Below are positions 30,895 through 43,010 of a stretch of 64,000 nt of DNA, in pieces. The notes beneath the pieces are model-generated. The model saw only the letters and a program-made list of their open reading frames with translations. It searched no databases and was not told the origin of the DNA. How positions within the stretch are numbered: position 1 is the first letter of the stretch; each line of letters opens with the position of its first letter. The translations under genes were made by a program, and so were the position numbers. This DNA comes from an uncultured Thermoplasmata archaeon (GTDB lineage: Archaea; Thermoplasmatota; Thermoplasmata; Lutacidiplasmatales; UBA184): positions 51,410 through 115,409 of the forward strand of contig CAVYTM010000003.1 in NCBI GenBank assembly GCA_963771555.1, in the 5' to 3' direction.

Positions 30895-32027
30895 CACGCG
30901 ACTCCTGCACGACGGATCAGCCGGCCGACCCCTTGACCGGGGCGGTGAACACCCCGATCTACCTCTCGAGCACCTTCCGCCAGGCGGCCCCGAACCGCAA
31001 CCAAGGGTACGTCTACTCGCGCTCGGGGAACCCGACCCGGGCGGTCCTCGAAACGACCCTGGCGAAGCTCGAGGGAGGAGCCACGGGCCTCGCCTTCTCG
31101 TCCGGCCTCGGCGCGCTGACCACGCTCCTGGAATCGGTCCCCAGTGGGTCTCGGATCGTGTCGGTGGACGACGTCTACGGCGGAACCTGGCGACTGTTCG
31201 AGCACCACCGTCGGCAGTTCGGGCTCCGGGTCGATTACGTCGACATGACGGACCTCGCGAACCTTCGCTCTGCGCTGAGCTCACCCGCGGACATGGTATA
31301 CCTCGAGACTCCGACCAATCCGCTCTTGAAGCTCGTCGACCTTCACGAGGCGGTTCGACTGGGCCATCGAGCCCACGCGTCGGTGGTCGTGGACAACACG
31401 TTCGCCACGCCCGCCCTGCAACGACCCCTCGAACACGGGGCGGATATCGTCCTCCACTCCACCACGAAGTACCTCGGGGGCCACTCGGATATCATCGGGG
31501 GAGCGCTCGTGGTCCGGGACGCGAAGGTCGGCGAACAGTTCGCCTGGCTGCAGAATGCGGTCGGGGCGGTCCCGAGCCCGTTCGACTGCTTCCTCGCCCT
31601 GCGCGGCATCCATACGCTCGGCGTGCGCATGCGAGCGCATGGAGAGAGCGCGCGCGCCGTCGCCGAGGCGCTCTCCGGGCCGCGCCACGTCCGACGGGTG
31701 CTCTATCCCGGACTGCGTACTCATCCTCAGCACTCGCTCGCCCGACGTCAGATGAGCGGGTTCGGCGGGATGGTCAGCGTCGAGCTCGAGGGCGGTCGTA
31801 GGGCTGCGCTTCGCTTCCTGAAGGGTCTCACGGTCTTCACCCTCGCCGAGAGCTTGGGCGGCGTCGAGTCGCTGGTCGACCACCCGGCCACGATGACCCA
31901 CGCGAGCGTTCCGCGCCGCGAGCGCGAGGCCCACGGGGTCACGGACGGACTCGTTCGGCTCTCGTGCGGTATCGAGGACCCGGCGGACCTCGCGGACGAC
32001 GTGCGGCGTGCCCTGAAGGGGACCTGA
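30884..32027 (+). CDS. Cystathionine gamma-lyase/synthase (frameshift ~30915)
   Basis: PIYLSSTF, YSRSGNPT, ETPTNP, DNTF, STTKYLGGHSD, AESLGGVESL, RLSCGIED. Confidence 0.92.
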
Positions 32028-32029
32028 AG

Positions 32030-33473
32030 GTGCGTCGATTCACCGTCTACGACACCCGAACGCGCGAGACCCGCGGCTTCGCGCCCATCGCACCGCCCCG
32101 GGTCGGCCTCTACGTTTGCGGCCTGACGCCCTACGCTCCCGCTCACGTCGGGCATGGGCGAACGATGACGTTCTTCGACGTCGTCGCACGCGCGCTTCGG
32201 CGTTGGGGCTACCGAGTCTTCTACGTCCAGAACGTCACGAACCTCGACGATCGGCTGATCACGCGCGCGAGCGAGTTGGACGTCGACCCGCTCACCCTCG
32301 CCGACCGTCACTTTCTCGAGTTCCAACGTTCGATGGACCGCCTCGGGAACCGGTCGGTGAACCACTACCCGTTCGCGACCGATTACGTTCCCGAGATCAT
32401 CGCGCAGACACGGACCCTGGTCGACCAGGGGTATGCCTACGTCGCGGACGATGGGTCCGTCTATTTTTCCGTCGCGAAGTTCGCTGAATATGGCAAACTT
32501 TCCGGTCAACGGGTCGAGGCCCTGAAGCCCGGAGCCCGGCTCGAGCTCGATGCACGAAAGCGCTCCCCGGAGGATTTCGTGATCTGGAAGGCGGCGACCC
32601 CGGGCGAGCCGAGCTGGGAGAGCCCGTGGGGACCCGGACGTCCCGGGTGGCACATCGAGGACACCGCGATGACGATCCGCCTCTTGGGCGAACGCTACGA
32701 CCTGCACGGCGGCGGGATCGACCTCATCTTCCCGCACCACGAGGCCGAGATCGCGCTCGCGGAATCCGCGACGGGTGCTGCCCCGCTCGTGAATTACTGG
32801 ATGCACGGAGGGCTCCTCTTGATGGAGGAGGAGAAGATGTCGAAGTCGATCGGCAACGTCGTCTCCCTGGACGACGCGATCGACCGCGTCGGCGCCGGTC
32901 CCCTGCGCCTCTACTACCTGAACGCTCACTATCGGAGCCCGCTCGCCTTCCAGGCGGGTAAGAGCCTCGAGGAAGCGCGGGAGGCGCACACGCGGCTGAC
33001 GTTCGTGTCCGACCGGATCTCGGAGATCCTGGAGCGGGACGGCGCCGAACGGCCCGGGCAAGGACCTCCCCGAGGCGCTCGGCGACGAAGTGGAGCACCT
33101 CGTCGAACGCCTCGACACCGTGCTCGCAGAGGATTTCAACACGCGCGAGGCGATCGCCCTTCTCTTCAGCTGGACGCGACGGCTCGCCGACGAGGTTCCC
33201 CGCCTCGAGGGATATTCCGGGAGCGCGCTCGAGGAGCTCAACGGGCCGTATCGCTGGGGCGAGGAGGTGCTCGGCCTCTTCGGCCGTGCCTCCGTCGGCC
33301 CTTCGGGTGCCTGGGCGGCCGTCGTTCCCGTCCTCCTCGCCGCACGGGCCCGGGCCCGAGCTCGGGGCGACTTTGCCGAGGCCGACCGGATCCGGGACGA
33401 GCTTCGGACGTCCGGAGTGGAGCTCGAGGACGACGCCGGGGGAACCCGCTGGCGGGCCGCCTCGAAGAGGTAG
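32030..33473 (+). CDS. cysS: Cysteine--tRNA ligase (frameshift ~33055)
   Basis: YVCGLTPY..HVGH, GRPGWHIE, FPHHE, KMSKS; second frame DFNTREA..ADRIRDEL..LED. Confidence 0.95.
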
Positions 33474-33479
33474 CGGACC

Positions 33480-34522
33480 GTGAAGGGGTTCGGTTTCGCT
33501 CGCCCACGGTGGGCTCGACCGACTGGAGTACGTCGATATCCCGGAGCCCGAACCCGGTCCGGGCGAGGTCCGGGTGCGGATCCGCGCCGCCGCGTTCAAC
33601 CGTCTCGACCGTTTCACTCTCGAAGGGATCCCCGGGGTCCCCATCGCCCTCCCGCACGTTTTCGGCTCGGACGGGGCCGGCACGGTCGACCGCGCGGGGG
33701 GCGATGTGCAGGACCTCGCCGAGGGGACCAAGGTCCTGCTCAATCCGGGCATGTGGGACGGAACCTGCCCCGCTTGCCTCGCTGGCCGGGAGGCCCTCTG
33801 CCGGAACTACCGGATCCTCGGAGAGCACGTCCAGGGAACGGTCACCTCGTTCGCGGTCGTCCCGCGACGTAACGTCCACCCGCTTCCCGACCGGATGTCG
33901 TTCGAGGAAGGGGCCGCGTCGCCCCTCGTGTTCCTCACGGCGTGGCGGGCGCTCAAGACCGTCGGCGAGGTCCGCCCGGGCGACCGGGTGGCCGTGGTCG
34001 GCGCTGGAGGAGGCATTCCGACCGCGGCCGTCCAAGTCGGCGAAGCTCCTCGGAGCCCGGGTCGCCGTCGTCGCGCGCTCCTCGGCCAAGGAGGCCAAGG
34101 TCCGGGCGCTCGGGGCCGACGCCTTCCTCACCTATTCGGACGAGCGTCCGCTCGACCGGGCGCTCTGGGAGTGGAGCGAGAAGAACGGCGTCGACGTGAT
34201 CCTGGATTCGGTGGGCGCCCCGACCCTCCCCCGTTCGGTGCGCTCGCTCGCGCGAGCGGGCCGGGCGGTCGTGATCGGGGCGAGCGCCGGCCCCAAGGTG
34301 GAACTGGACGTGCGGACGCTGTTCTGGCGACAAGCTTCGGTGCGCGGGAGCACGATGTCGTCGCGGGAGGAGTTTGACGAGGTCTTGGGGCATCTGGCTT
34401 CCGGAGAGCTCCGGGCGGTCGTGGACTCGACGTTCCCGTTCGAGCAAGCGAGCGACGCGTTCCGCCGGTTCGACGCTCCGGACCTGTTCGGAAAGCTGGT
34501 GGTCCGAGGCCCCGGATTTTGA
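33480..34522 (+). CDS. Zinc-binding dehydrogenase / quinone oxidoreductase (MDR family; frameshifts ~33505 and ~34040)
   Basis: GEVRVRI..FNRLD..PHVFGSDGAG, C..C..G.E.LC, FLTAWRAL, GVDVILDSVG, GST, FGKLV. Confidence 0.88.
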
Positions 34523-34615
34523 CCCGCTCGAACCTCCCGGCTCGAGGGAAAAAGCCCGTGGTCTTCCGTAAGCGAAGGCACTCTTAAATACCAGAACTCG
34601 GCCTTTCTTCTGTTC

Positions 34616-37600
34616 GTGAGCCTTTCATTGCGAGCTCCCTCACGAGCCGGGAGTATCGGGCGCAGCGCTCGTCGGTCGATTTCGGTCGTGCTCTCCATCC
34701 TGGTGGTCGCCCTGATGGTCGTGGGCGGGCTCAGCGTGCTCGCGACCGCGCACGGCCCGACGGCCTTGGCGGCACCCTCCCTTCCGACGGCCGCAGCCTC
34801 CCCCTTCACGCACGGCGACCTTCTCGTTACCCCCGGCGAACAGTTCGTGATCCAGCCGACGCCCGGCACGCACACCTACTTCCAGGGCGGGAACATCACG
34901 GTCGAACGCGGTGGGACGCTCATCGTCCGAAACGTCACCCTCTCGTTCGTCCAGTTCGTCTCGAGCACGGGCACGCCGATGCAGCGACTTTCCCACATCT
35001 TCCGCTTCATCGATAACGGGACGGTCAACCTGTACAACTCCACCGTGACCACCGATGTATCGATCATCAATGCCTACGCGAAGCTCAACGTCACCGTCCT
35101 CAACGACATGACGGCGTGGAACTCCACGTTCGCGTTCCCCGGATGGCTCAACGTGGAAGGCGCGTCGGCCGACCTGACGCTCAACAGCTCGCGAATCACC
35201 TCGAACCCCGTCGTCGGCACCCTTTCCGGGTTCGAGCCCAATGCGATCTTCGGAGACACCCTCTACGCTCCCTCCGTCACGGTCCTGGGCGGCGCCGAAC
35301 TCAACGCCTTCAATTCCTCGATCATCGACACCTACGCGGACAACACCAACGCATTCGGCCATGCGCAGCCCGTTCCGCTCGGGCTCCCCGGCAACCCGGC
35401 CCTCGTAGCGATCGGGGTCGGCGACCACAACTTTAGCACGCTCTCGACTCCGACCGACTCCGCGAACCTTTCCCAGGACTGGTTGTACCCGAACGCGGAC
35501 TTCCAGGCCGGCAACTTGATCGTAAACTGGACCAATCCCAACTCGGCGACTTCCGCGTCGGTCGATGCGAACGTCTGGTACGATGGGTCGGAGTACGCCG
35601 TCGCGGCCGGTCTCAATCTCGGGAGCTCAGGATCGGGGTCGTTCCTGCTGCCCCTGCCCGCCAATCTCCTCCAGAACATCACCCGGGACGGCGTCCTGAA
35701 CTACCTCAACTGGACGGGGGATTTCGGGGCGGGCCCTTCCCAGATCGCCATCAACTTCGATGTGCTGTCCGGACCGGCCGTGGTGAACGTCTCGGCCGAG
35801 ATTTCGCTGCTTCCCTCCGTCGACTACAATGTAATGTTCTCCGGAGTCGGGTCGACGCTCAACAGCATCGACACGTCCTTGGGCCTGAACTGGAATCTCC
35901 TGCCGGCGAACTCGACCTCGCAAACGCATCCGTTACCGTGGGGTTCGAACAAGCTCCTCCTCACCGACGGCGCCGTGGCGTACCTGGCGAACGACACCGT
36001 GCTGGCCCCTCTCCCGGGCGTCTTCAGCATCTCGGCGGTCCTTCCCGACGCCGCAAGTCAGGCCTACTTCTACCGCTGGGCTCAGTTCAACCTGACCGGT
36101 CGGGGCGGGTTCCTTCCCATTCCGGACGCCCAGGTGAAGGCGTACTATGCCTACTCGACCATCCAGGCTGACAACGCGACCGCGAACGCCCTCAACGACC
36201 TCGCGAGCTCGAACCCCGAGATCTGGGGGTACGTCCAGGTACCTGGGACGCGCAGCACGGCGTGCAAGCGTACGGTGAGTCGAACGTAGTGGGCCGGGCG
36301 GCCGTTCTGCTGGCCTCCTCCAACCTCACGGGTCCGACCCTCCCCGACGGGCTCTTCCTCGGCGGATACCATATCGGCGTGATCGTTCCCGCGGTCGGCG
36401 TAAGCCCCCACTGGTTCAACTGGTCGGTGAGCCCGTACCCCGAAGGCGTCGCCCAGTCGCCCCCCGCCGTCGCGGGACCCGACTTTGGCCCGCTACAACA
36501 GTTCAACCAGTACTTCGGCGCGGTCGTCGTCACCTCGGTCTCGGTCCTGGCGAACGGGTTCGCGAGCCCCACCGTCTACCTCGGCCAGACGCTGGACGCG
36601 CGGGTCCTGGTCACCGACATCGGCACGGCCCCGATCGACCAGGTCCAAGGCACCCTGCTCTACAACACGTCGGGCGTGCCCAGCGCGCTTCTCGCAACGT
36701 ACGAAAACACGACCCTCCACCTGACCACGCCGGGTCAGCAGACCACCTTCAATCTCGACTGGCGAGCGACGAAGAACATCACGGGTGTCAACGCGGCGTT
36801 CGCCCACAACTTCACGGCCATCATCGATTGGAACTACAACAACGCCACCCTCGCGGGAGGCAACCTTACTCAAAATGTTCCCGTGACGTTCTCCGAGACG
36901 ATCGCGACCGTCACGTCCGCCACGGTGCAGGCCAACGGCCTCGACAACACGACGGTCGAACTCGGCCAGACCCTCGGGGTGGAGGTGACCGTCAACGACG
37001 TCGGCAACGGCACCATCAACGAACTCTCGGCCTGGCTCTACTACAACGCGACCGCGGTCCTCGCCTCCTACGAGAGCAGTTCACTGAACCTCACGGGACC
37101 CGGCCAATCCGTCACGTTCACGCTCACGTGGAAGGCCACCGAGAACATCACGGGCCTCCACGGTTGGTTCGATTACAATCTATCTCTCGCCCTCAGCTGG
37201 AACAACAACAGTGCGAGCACCTGGCTCGGTAACGGCAACTTCGCCCAGAACGTCTCGATGAAGTTCGCTCCGTCCGAGATCGCGTTCACGAAGCTTCGTG
37301 CCGCCCACGTCGCCCGTTGGACCTCACCACGACGTACTTCTCGACCGGCGTCCTGGTGTACAACGGCTCTCATCCGGCCCTGATCGAGCTCATTGCCACG
37401 CCCGTCGGCGGCGGCAGCCCCGTGGAGATCGCGGCAGCCGCCTCGCTTCCGGGACCGTTCTCGATGCAATGGTCGCCGCTCACCGGGCTCCTGATTCCCG
37501 GGACTACCTACGTCCTGAAGGCGATCGCGATCTACAACGGTCGGGAGACGAACCTCACGCTACCGGGGACGTACGCCGTCCCACCGTCCCCCTCCTCGCC

Positions 37601-38351
37601 CGCGAGCTTCCTCTTCCAGACGTTCCTCGGACTGCCGCTCTGGGTCTGGATCGCCATTGCCGCGGCGGCCGTGGTCGCCATCCTGCTGTTCCTCTTCGTC
37701 GCTCGGCGCCAGGCCGCGGGCAAGCTCGTGGAGTGCGGCGAGTGCGGTAACCTCATCCCGGAGGACGCGACCATCTGTCCGAAGTGCGGCGCGGAGTTCG
37801 AGACCGACCTCATCCGCTGCAGCCGATGCGCCTCCACGATCCCGGCCGATTCGAAGTTCTGCCCGGAGTGCGCGGCCCAGCTCCTCGGTACCCCCGGGGA
37901 GGCCGAGTCCGACCCCGAGAAGCAGGCCTACGCGGACTTCACCGAGAAGTACCGGGCCGAGGCGAAGAAGGAGCTCGGCGACAACTACAGCGAGGGCGCC
38001 TTCTGGGACTGGTGGAAGCGCCAGCCGACTTACACGCCGTTCAGCCAGTGGAGCCTCCAGCAGGGCCAGGGAACGGCCCGCGCCGGCATGACCGCGCCCC
38101 CGGTCGGCACGCAGACCACGCCCGAGTTGGACGACGGTCGAATGCCTCCGAAGGGCGGCGGCTCAACCCCCTACGCGGAGACCGGGGCCGCTTCGGCCCC
38201 CGCCACGTCGGCCGCGGCACCACCCACGACGTCCGCCGCGGTACCTCCGCCGGCGGCTGGCGGGGCGGGCCTCAAGGCGTGTCCCAGCTGCGGCAAGGAG
38301 ATCCCGACCGAGTACCTCGTCTGTCCGTTCTGCAACGCGGTGACCCAGTAG
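34616..38351 (+). CDS. Large (~1240 aa) surface glycoprotein with TM and cytoplasmic zinc ribbons (frameshifts ~36240 and ~37300)
   Basis: Three consecutive ORFs (34616, 36262, 37317) join: signal peptide, beta-rich sequon-rich body, two tandem Ig/CARDB-like repeats, TM, six CxxC motifs; TATA CTTAAATA ~34583. Confidence 0.75.
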
Positions 38352-38437
38352 GGAATCGCGATCGGCGCGGTCGCTCGACCAACCCCTTCCCTCCCTCAGC
38401 CTTTATCTCTGCCCGTTCTACCACGGGTCGATTCCGA

Positions 38438-39674
38438 ATGACCGGGGACCTCGCGCGCGGTCGTCTCAAACTCGAGTGGGCGCGCTCGCACATGCCGGTC
38501 CTCGAAGGGCGTCCGCCACCGCTTCGAGACCGAGCGTCCCCTGCGCGGTCTCACCGTCTCCGCCGTCCTGCACGTCGAGGCGAAGACCTGCGTGCTCGCC
38601 CTCGCACTGAAGGCCGCCGGGGCGGACGTCCGTCTCGCCGCGGGCAACCCGCTCTCGACCGACGATGATGCGGTCGCCGCCGTCCGCGAGGAAGGGGTCC
38701 CCACCTGGGCGGAGAAGGGAGAGTCGATCGCCCAGTACGATGCGGGCATCCGGGCGCTCTTCGAGGCCGACCCCGACGTCATCATCGACGACGGGGCGGA
38801 CCTGGTCGCCCTCGTGCATACCTCGGGACGTGGCTGCGGCAAGATCCGTGGCTCGACCGAGGAGACGACGACGGGCGTCACGCGGCTCCGTGCGCTCGAA
38901 AGGACGGGGAAGCTCCTCTTCCCGGCGATCGCCGTCAACGACGCGGAGATGAAGCATCTCTTCGACAACCGCTATGGCACCGGCCAGTCGACGATCGACG
39001 GCATCCTCACCGCGACCAACCTGCTCATCGCCGGGAAGGTCTGCGTGGTCGCTGGCTACGGCTGGTGCGGAAAGGGGGTCGCCGCCCGCCTCCGTGGCCT
39101 CGGAGCGGACGTCGTGGTCACCGAGGTCGATCCGGTGCGCGCGATCGAAGCGCGCCTCGACGGCTTCCGGGTGATGCCGATGCTGGACGCCGCCCGGGAG
39201 GCCGACCTCATCGTCACCGTCACGGGAAACACCGGGATCGTCCGGACCGAGCACTTCCGAGTGCTCAAGGACGGCTGCCTGCTCGCGAATTCGGGTCACT
39301 TCGATGTGGAGGTCTCGAAGTCGGACCTCGAGGGGATGGCCGTCAGCCACCGTACAGCGCGCCCCCAGGTGGAGGAGTACCGCTTCGCCGACGGGCGGCG
39401 GGCGTACCTGCTGGGAGAAGGGCGCCTCATCAACCTCGCCGCCGGCCAGGGCCACCCCGTCGAGATCATGGACCTATCGTTCGCGCTTCAGGCGCTGAGC
39501 GCGGAGCACCTCGCGAAGCACGGTCGGGAGATGGAATGCAAGGTCCATCCCGTGCCCGCCGAGCTCGACCGCGAGGTCGCCCGCGCCGCGCTCGCTCCGC
39601 TCGGCATCCGGCTCGATGAGCCGACGAACGAACAGGTGAAGTACGGCGCGGCCTGGGAGGGTGGAACGACATGA
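38438..39674 (+). CDS. ahcY: S-adenosylhomocysteine hydrolase (frameshift ~38508)
   Basis: WARSHMPVL, NPLST, DDGADL, EETTTG, KHLFDNRYGTGQS, GYGWCGKG, GHFD, GRLINL, GHP..MDLSF. Confidence 0.96.
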
Positions 39675-40070
39675 GCGAAGAGAAGGTTCCCGAACGAACT
39701 TCGGTACACGAAAAGCCACGAGTGGGTGAAGGTCGACGGCGAGGAGGCGACGGTGGGGATCACCGACCACGCGCAGGGCCAGCTCACCGACATCGTGTTC
39801 GTCGACCTTCCGGCGGCCGGCAAGGCCGCGGTGAAGGGCGCGAGCGTTCTCGTCCTCGAGTCGGTGAAAACGGTCGCCGACGTCTACGCTCCGGGGAACG
39901 GCTCCGTGACCTCGGTGAACGTCGAGCTCAAGGCACATCCCGAGCTCATCAACCAGGACCCCTACGGTAAGGGCTGGATCTTCCGACTGCATCTCTCCGC
40001 CCCGATCCTCGCGAGCGACCTCATGAGCGCGGACGAATACCGCGCGTTCGCCGCGTCGACGTCCGGGTAG
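39671..40070 (+). CDS. gcvH: Glycine cleavage system H (lipoyl carrier) protein (frameshift ~39690)
   Basis: ELRYTKSHEWV, VGITDHAQ, ESVK (lipoyl Lys), PELINQDPYGKGWIF. Confidence 0.93.
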
Positions 40071-40086
40071 CGGACCCGCGCCGTCT

Positions 40087-41993
40087 CTACTGGCCCCTGA
40101 ACTCGGGCTTGCGGCGTTCGAGGAACGCGCGCATCCCTTCGAGCCGGTCCTGCGTCCCGAACGTATGCCCCGCGGACTCCGCCTCGAGGTGGAGAGCCGT
40201 CGAGAGCGGCGCATCCATCCCGCGGTCGATGACCCGTTTCACCCACTGAACCCCGAGCGGGGCGCGGGTCGCGATCAACTCCGCGACCGCTCCCACCTCC
40301 TCGCGCGCGCTCGCGGCGGGCACGACCTTGACCACGAACCCGAGGCGGTATGCTTCCTCCGCCGTGACGGGGACCCCAGTGTACGTGAGGAGCTTCGTCT
40401 TGGCCCGCCCGATCAACCGCGTTAACCGGGTGGCGCCCCCCATCCCCGGGTGGATCCCGACCGTCACCTCGGGGAGACCGAGGAGGGAACCCTCCGCGGC
40501 GATGATGAAGTCGGCGGCGAGGGCGAGCTCGAGGCCGCCGCCGAGCGCATACCCCTCGACGAGGGCGATCACCGGCGCCGGGAATCGTTCGATCGTCTCG
40601 GCGACCCGTTGGCCCTGGAACCCGAACGCGACCCCCTCGGCGAGGTTCTTGCGCTCCATCTCCGCGATATCGGCCCCTGCGGCGAACACAGGGGACGAGC
40701 CGGCGAGCACCACGACCCGGATCCCGTGCTCCGCCTCGAGAGCTTCGAAGGTCGCTTCGACCTGGTCCAAGAGCTCGGAATTGAGCGCGTTCAACGCCTC
40801 GGGCCGGTCGAGCAACACCCAGGCCACCGAGCCGCTCCGCTCGACCCGGACGAGCGAGAGCGGCCAGGAGCGCTCGCCGCGTCCGGCACGTTCGCGAAGC
40901 TCCTTCGAGACGGGAAAGTTGCCCGGCCATCGGGAAGCGTACTGCTCGACCAGGCGGAGCCCTTCGGGGACCCCGACCGACGAAAGCTGGGCGAACGGGC
41001 CGAACCGACGTCGCAGTCCCACGGTCGCGCCTCGGTCGGTCGCCTCGGCGCTCGCGACCCCCTCCTCGACCAGTCGGGTGGCGATCCCGAGGGTGAGGCC
41101 GAGGAATCGCTCGCGCACGGCGGCCTTCTTCGAGGGTTCGACTTCCGTCGTCTTCCATGCCCACGGCAGGTTCGAGCGGAACTGGGACTCGAGGAGCGCG
41201 GAAGGCGCGTACGCCGGTCCGAACGCACGATACAGACTCGTCTCGGCGTGGAAGGCGATGGCGATACCGGTGACGTTCATGAGTTCGAACGGGCCGAGAG
41301 TGGCGCCGAAGAGTTCCCGGCCAACCTCCTCGATCGTCGCGAGGCTCGCGACGTTCTCCTCGGCGAGGCGGGCCGCCTCGTTGAGGTAGGGAACGAAGTA
41401 CCGGTTCACGCAGAAGCCGGCCCGGTCGGCGGTCGAGATCGGGATCTTCCGGACCAGGTACGAGAACCGCTCGAGTTCCGCGACGATGGCGGGCTCGGTC
41501 GCGGCGCCGGCGATGATCTCGACGAGCTTGTTCACCGCCGCGGGGTAGAAGAAGTGGAGACCCGCGAACCGGCCGGGGTTCGGGAACCCCTCGGCCAGCT
41601 CGGTGACCGAGAGCGAGGAGGTGTTCGTGGCGACCACCGTATTCCGGCCCACGAGGGGAGCTACCTCCGCGAGCAGCATCCGCTTCACGTCCCGGTCCTC
41701 GAAGACCGCCTCGATCACGAGCGCCGCCTCCCGAACGGTTTCGGCGAGGTCGGTCGAGAACGTGATGCGAGCGAGCACCTCGTCCCGCTTCGCGCTCGAG
41801 ATCTTCTTTCGGGAGATCGCCCCCGCGAGCATCTTCTCGATCAGACCCCGGCCCCGTGCGATCGCCGCGTCGTCCACGTCACGAACCCGTACCTGAAGCC
41901 GGCCTGGGCACAGGCCTGAGCGATCCCACTGCCCATGTTCCCGCCTCCGAGCACGGCGACGACCGCGGGGGGTCGTAGAGACGTGACCATCAT
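40087..41993 (-). CDS. 3-hydroxyacyl-CoA dehydrogenase / enoyl-CoA hydratase bifunctional protein (frameshift ~41900)
   Basis: GGGNMGSGIAQ in adjacent frame; EAVFED, NTSSL, HFFYP, LVE; crotonase NALN, AGADI, GGGLELAL, PE. Confidence 0.92.
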
Positions 41994-42130
41994 GGAATCC
42001 CACGAAGGCCCTCGAGGGCGCTCGGCGGCGAAGCAGGGGTCCGGACTCTTAACGGTTCGGTCCCGGCCGGGTCTTCCGCGTGATCGTGCCGGACGGTGAG
42101 AGTCCTTAACCGTTGGAGCCTGCCCCTTCC

Positions 42131-43010
42131 GTGGCCCGCGACCGAGACGACCTCGAGATCGAGGCGGCGCTCTACTCCGAGCGCCAGTTTGTCTTCACCC
42201 TCGGCGGGTTCGCGTTCGAGATCGCGGGCGCGTCGCTGGTCACGCACGAAAAACTTCCCGTTCCACGGTTCAACTTCGTTCAGGAGCTCGGAGTCGGGAA
42301 GGAACGGCAGACCTCCTTCTTCGAGCACGCCCTCGACCATTATTTCCAGCGGGCGTTACGGCCGACCTTCCGTGTCCCCACGCACGTTCCGGGGCACGTG
42401 GACGCGGGGCTGCGCCGGTTCGGGTTCCGGCCGAAGGACGTCTCCGCTCGTCCTGATGCTCGCGGGGGGACCGCCGACCCGCGTTCCCGACCCGGCCATT
42501 CACGTGCGCGTGGCGGAGCACCGGGACCTCGACCTCATTTCCTCGTTCTGGACCTCCGAGCGCGAGCGTCCGGAGTTTCGCGCTGCCCTTGACATCGCAT
42601 GGACCCACCCGAATCCCCACGAGACCCTGGTGCCGTTGCTCGCCACCCTGGACGGGGAGGTCGTCTCGGCCGCGCTGGTTTACCGGTACCGTGACGCCGC
42701 GGGGATCCACGCCGTGGCGACCCGACCCCCGGCCCGAGGCCGCGGGGCCGCGTCGGACTTGGTGGCGTTCGCGGTCGGTCGCGAAGTGGCCGGCCCCGGC
42801 GCGCGCTACTCGATCTTCGCGGATTCCTCTCGGCTCGAGCGACGCCTCGAATCACTCGGCTTTCGCTCCGTGCGCTCGTTCATCGAATACGAATTGCCGC
42901 GTTCCGCGGAACTATCGCTCCCTTCTCCGGGACCGCCCCTCGCGCCACAATGGCGTCCCCCTCGAACGTCCCGGCCGGGACCGGCACCCACGTCGAACGA
43001 ACGTTCCTAA
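42131..43010 (+). CDS. GNAT-family N-acetyltransferase (frameshift ~42440)
   Basis: C-terminal AGIHAVATRPPARGRGAASDLV..LESLGF; N-terminal half lies in the 42113 ORF frame. Confidence 0.75.

Noticed and set aside
31964-34522. 852-aa ORF looking like a CysRS-dehydrogenase fusion
   Set aside because: The middle is out-of-frame nonsense; the CysRS C-terminus and the MDR N-terminus lie in other frames, so it is an indel chimera.
30884-39700. Programmed ribosomal frameshifting in cysS, cystathionine lyase, ahcY and gcvH
   Set aside because: No shared slippery heptamer or stimulatory structure seen; the same insertion pattern is scattered across unrelated genes.
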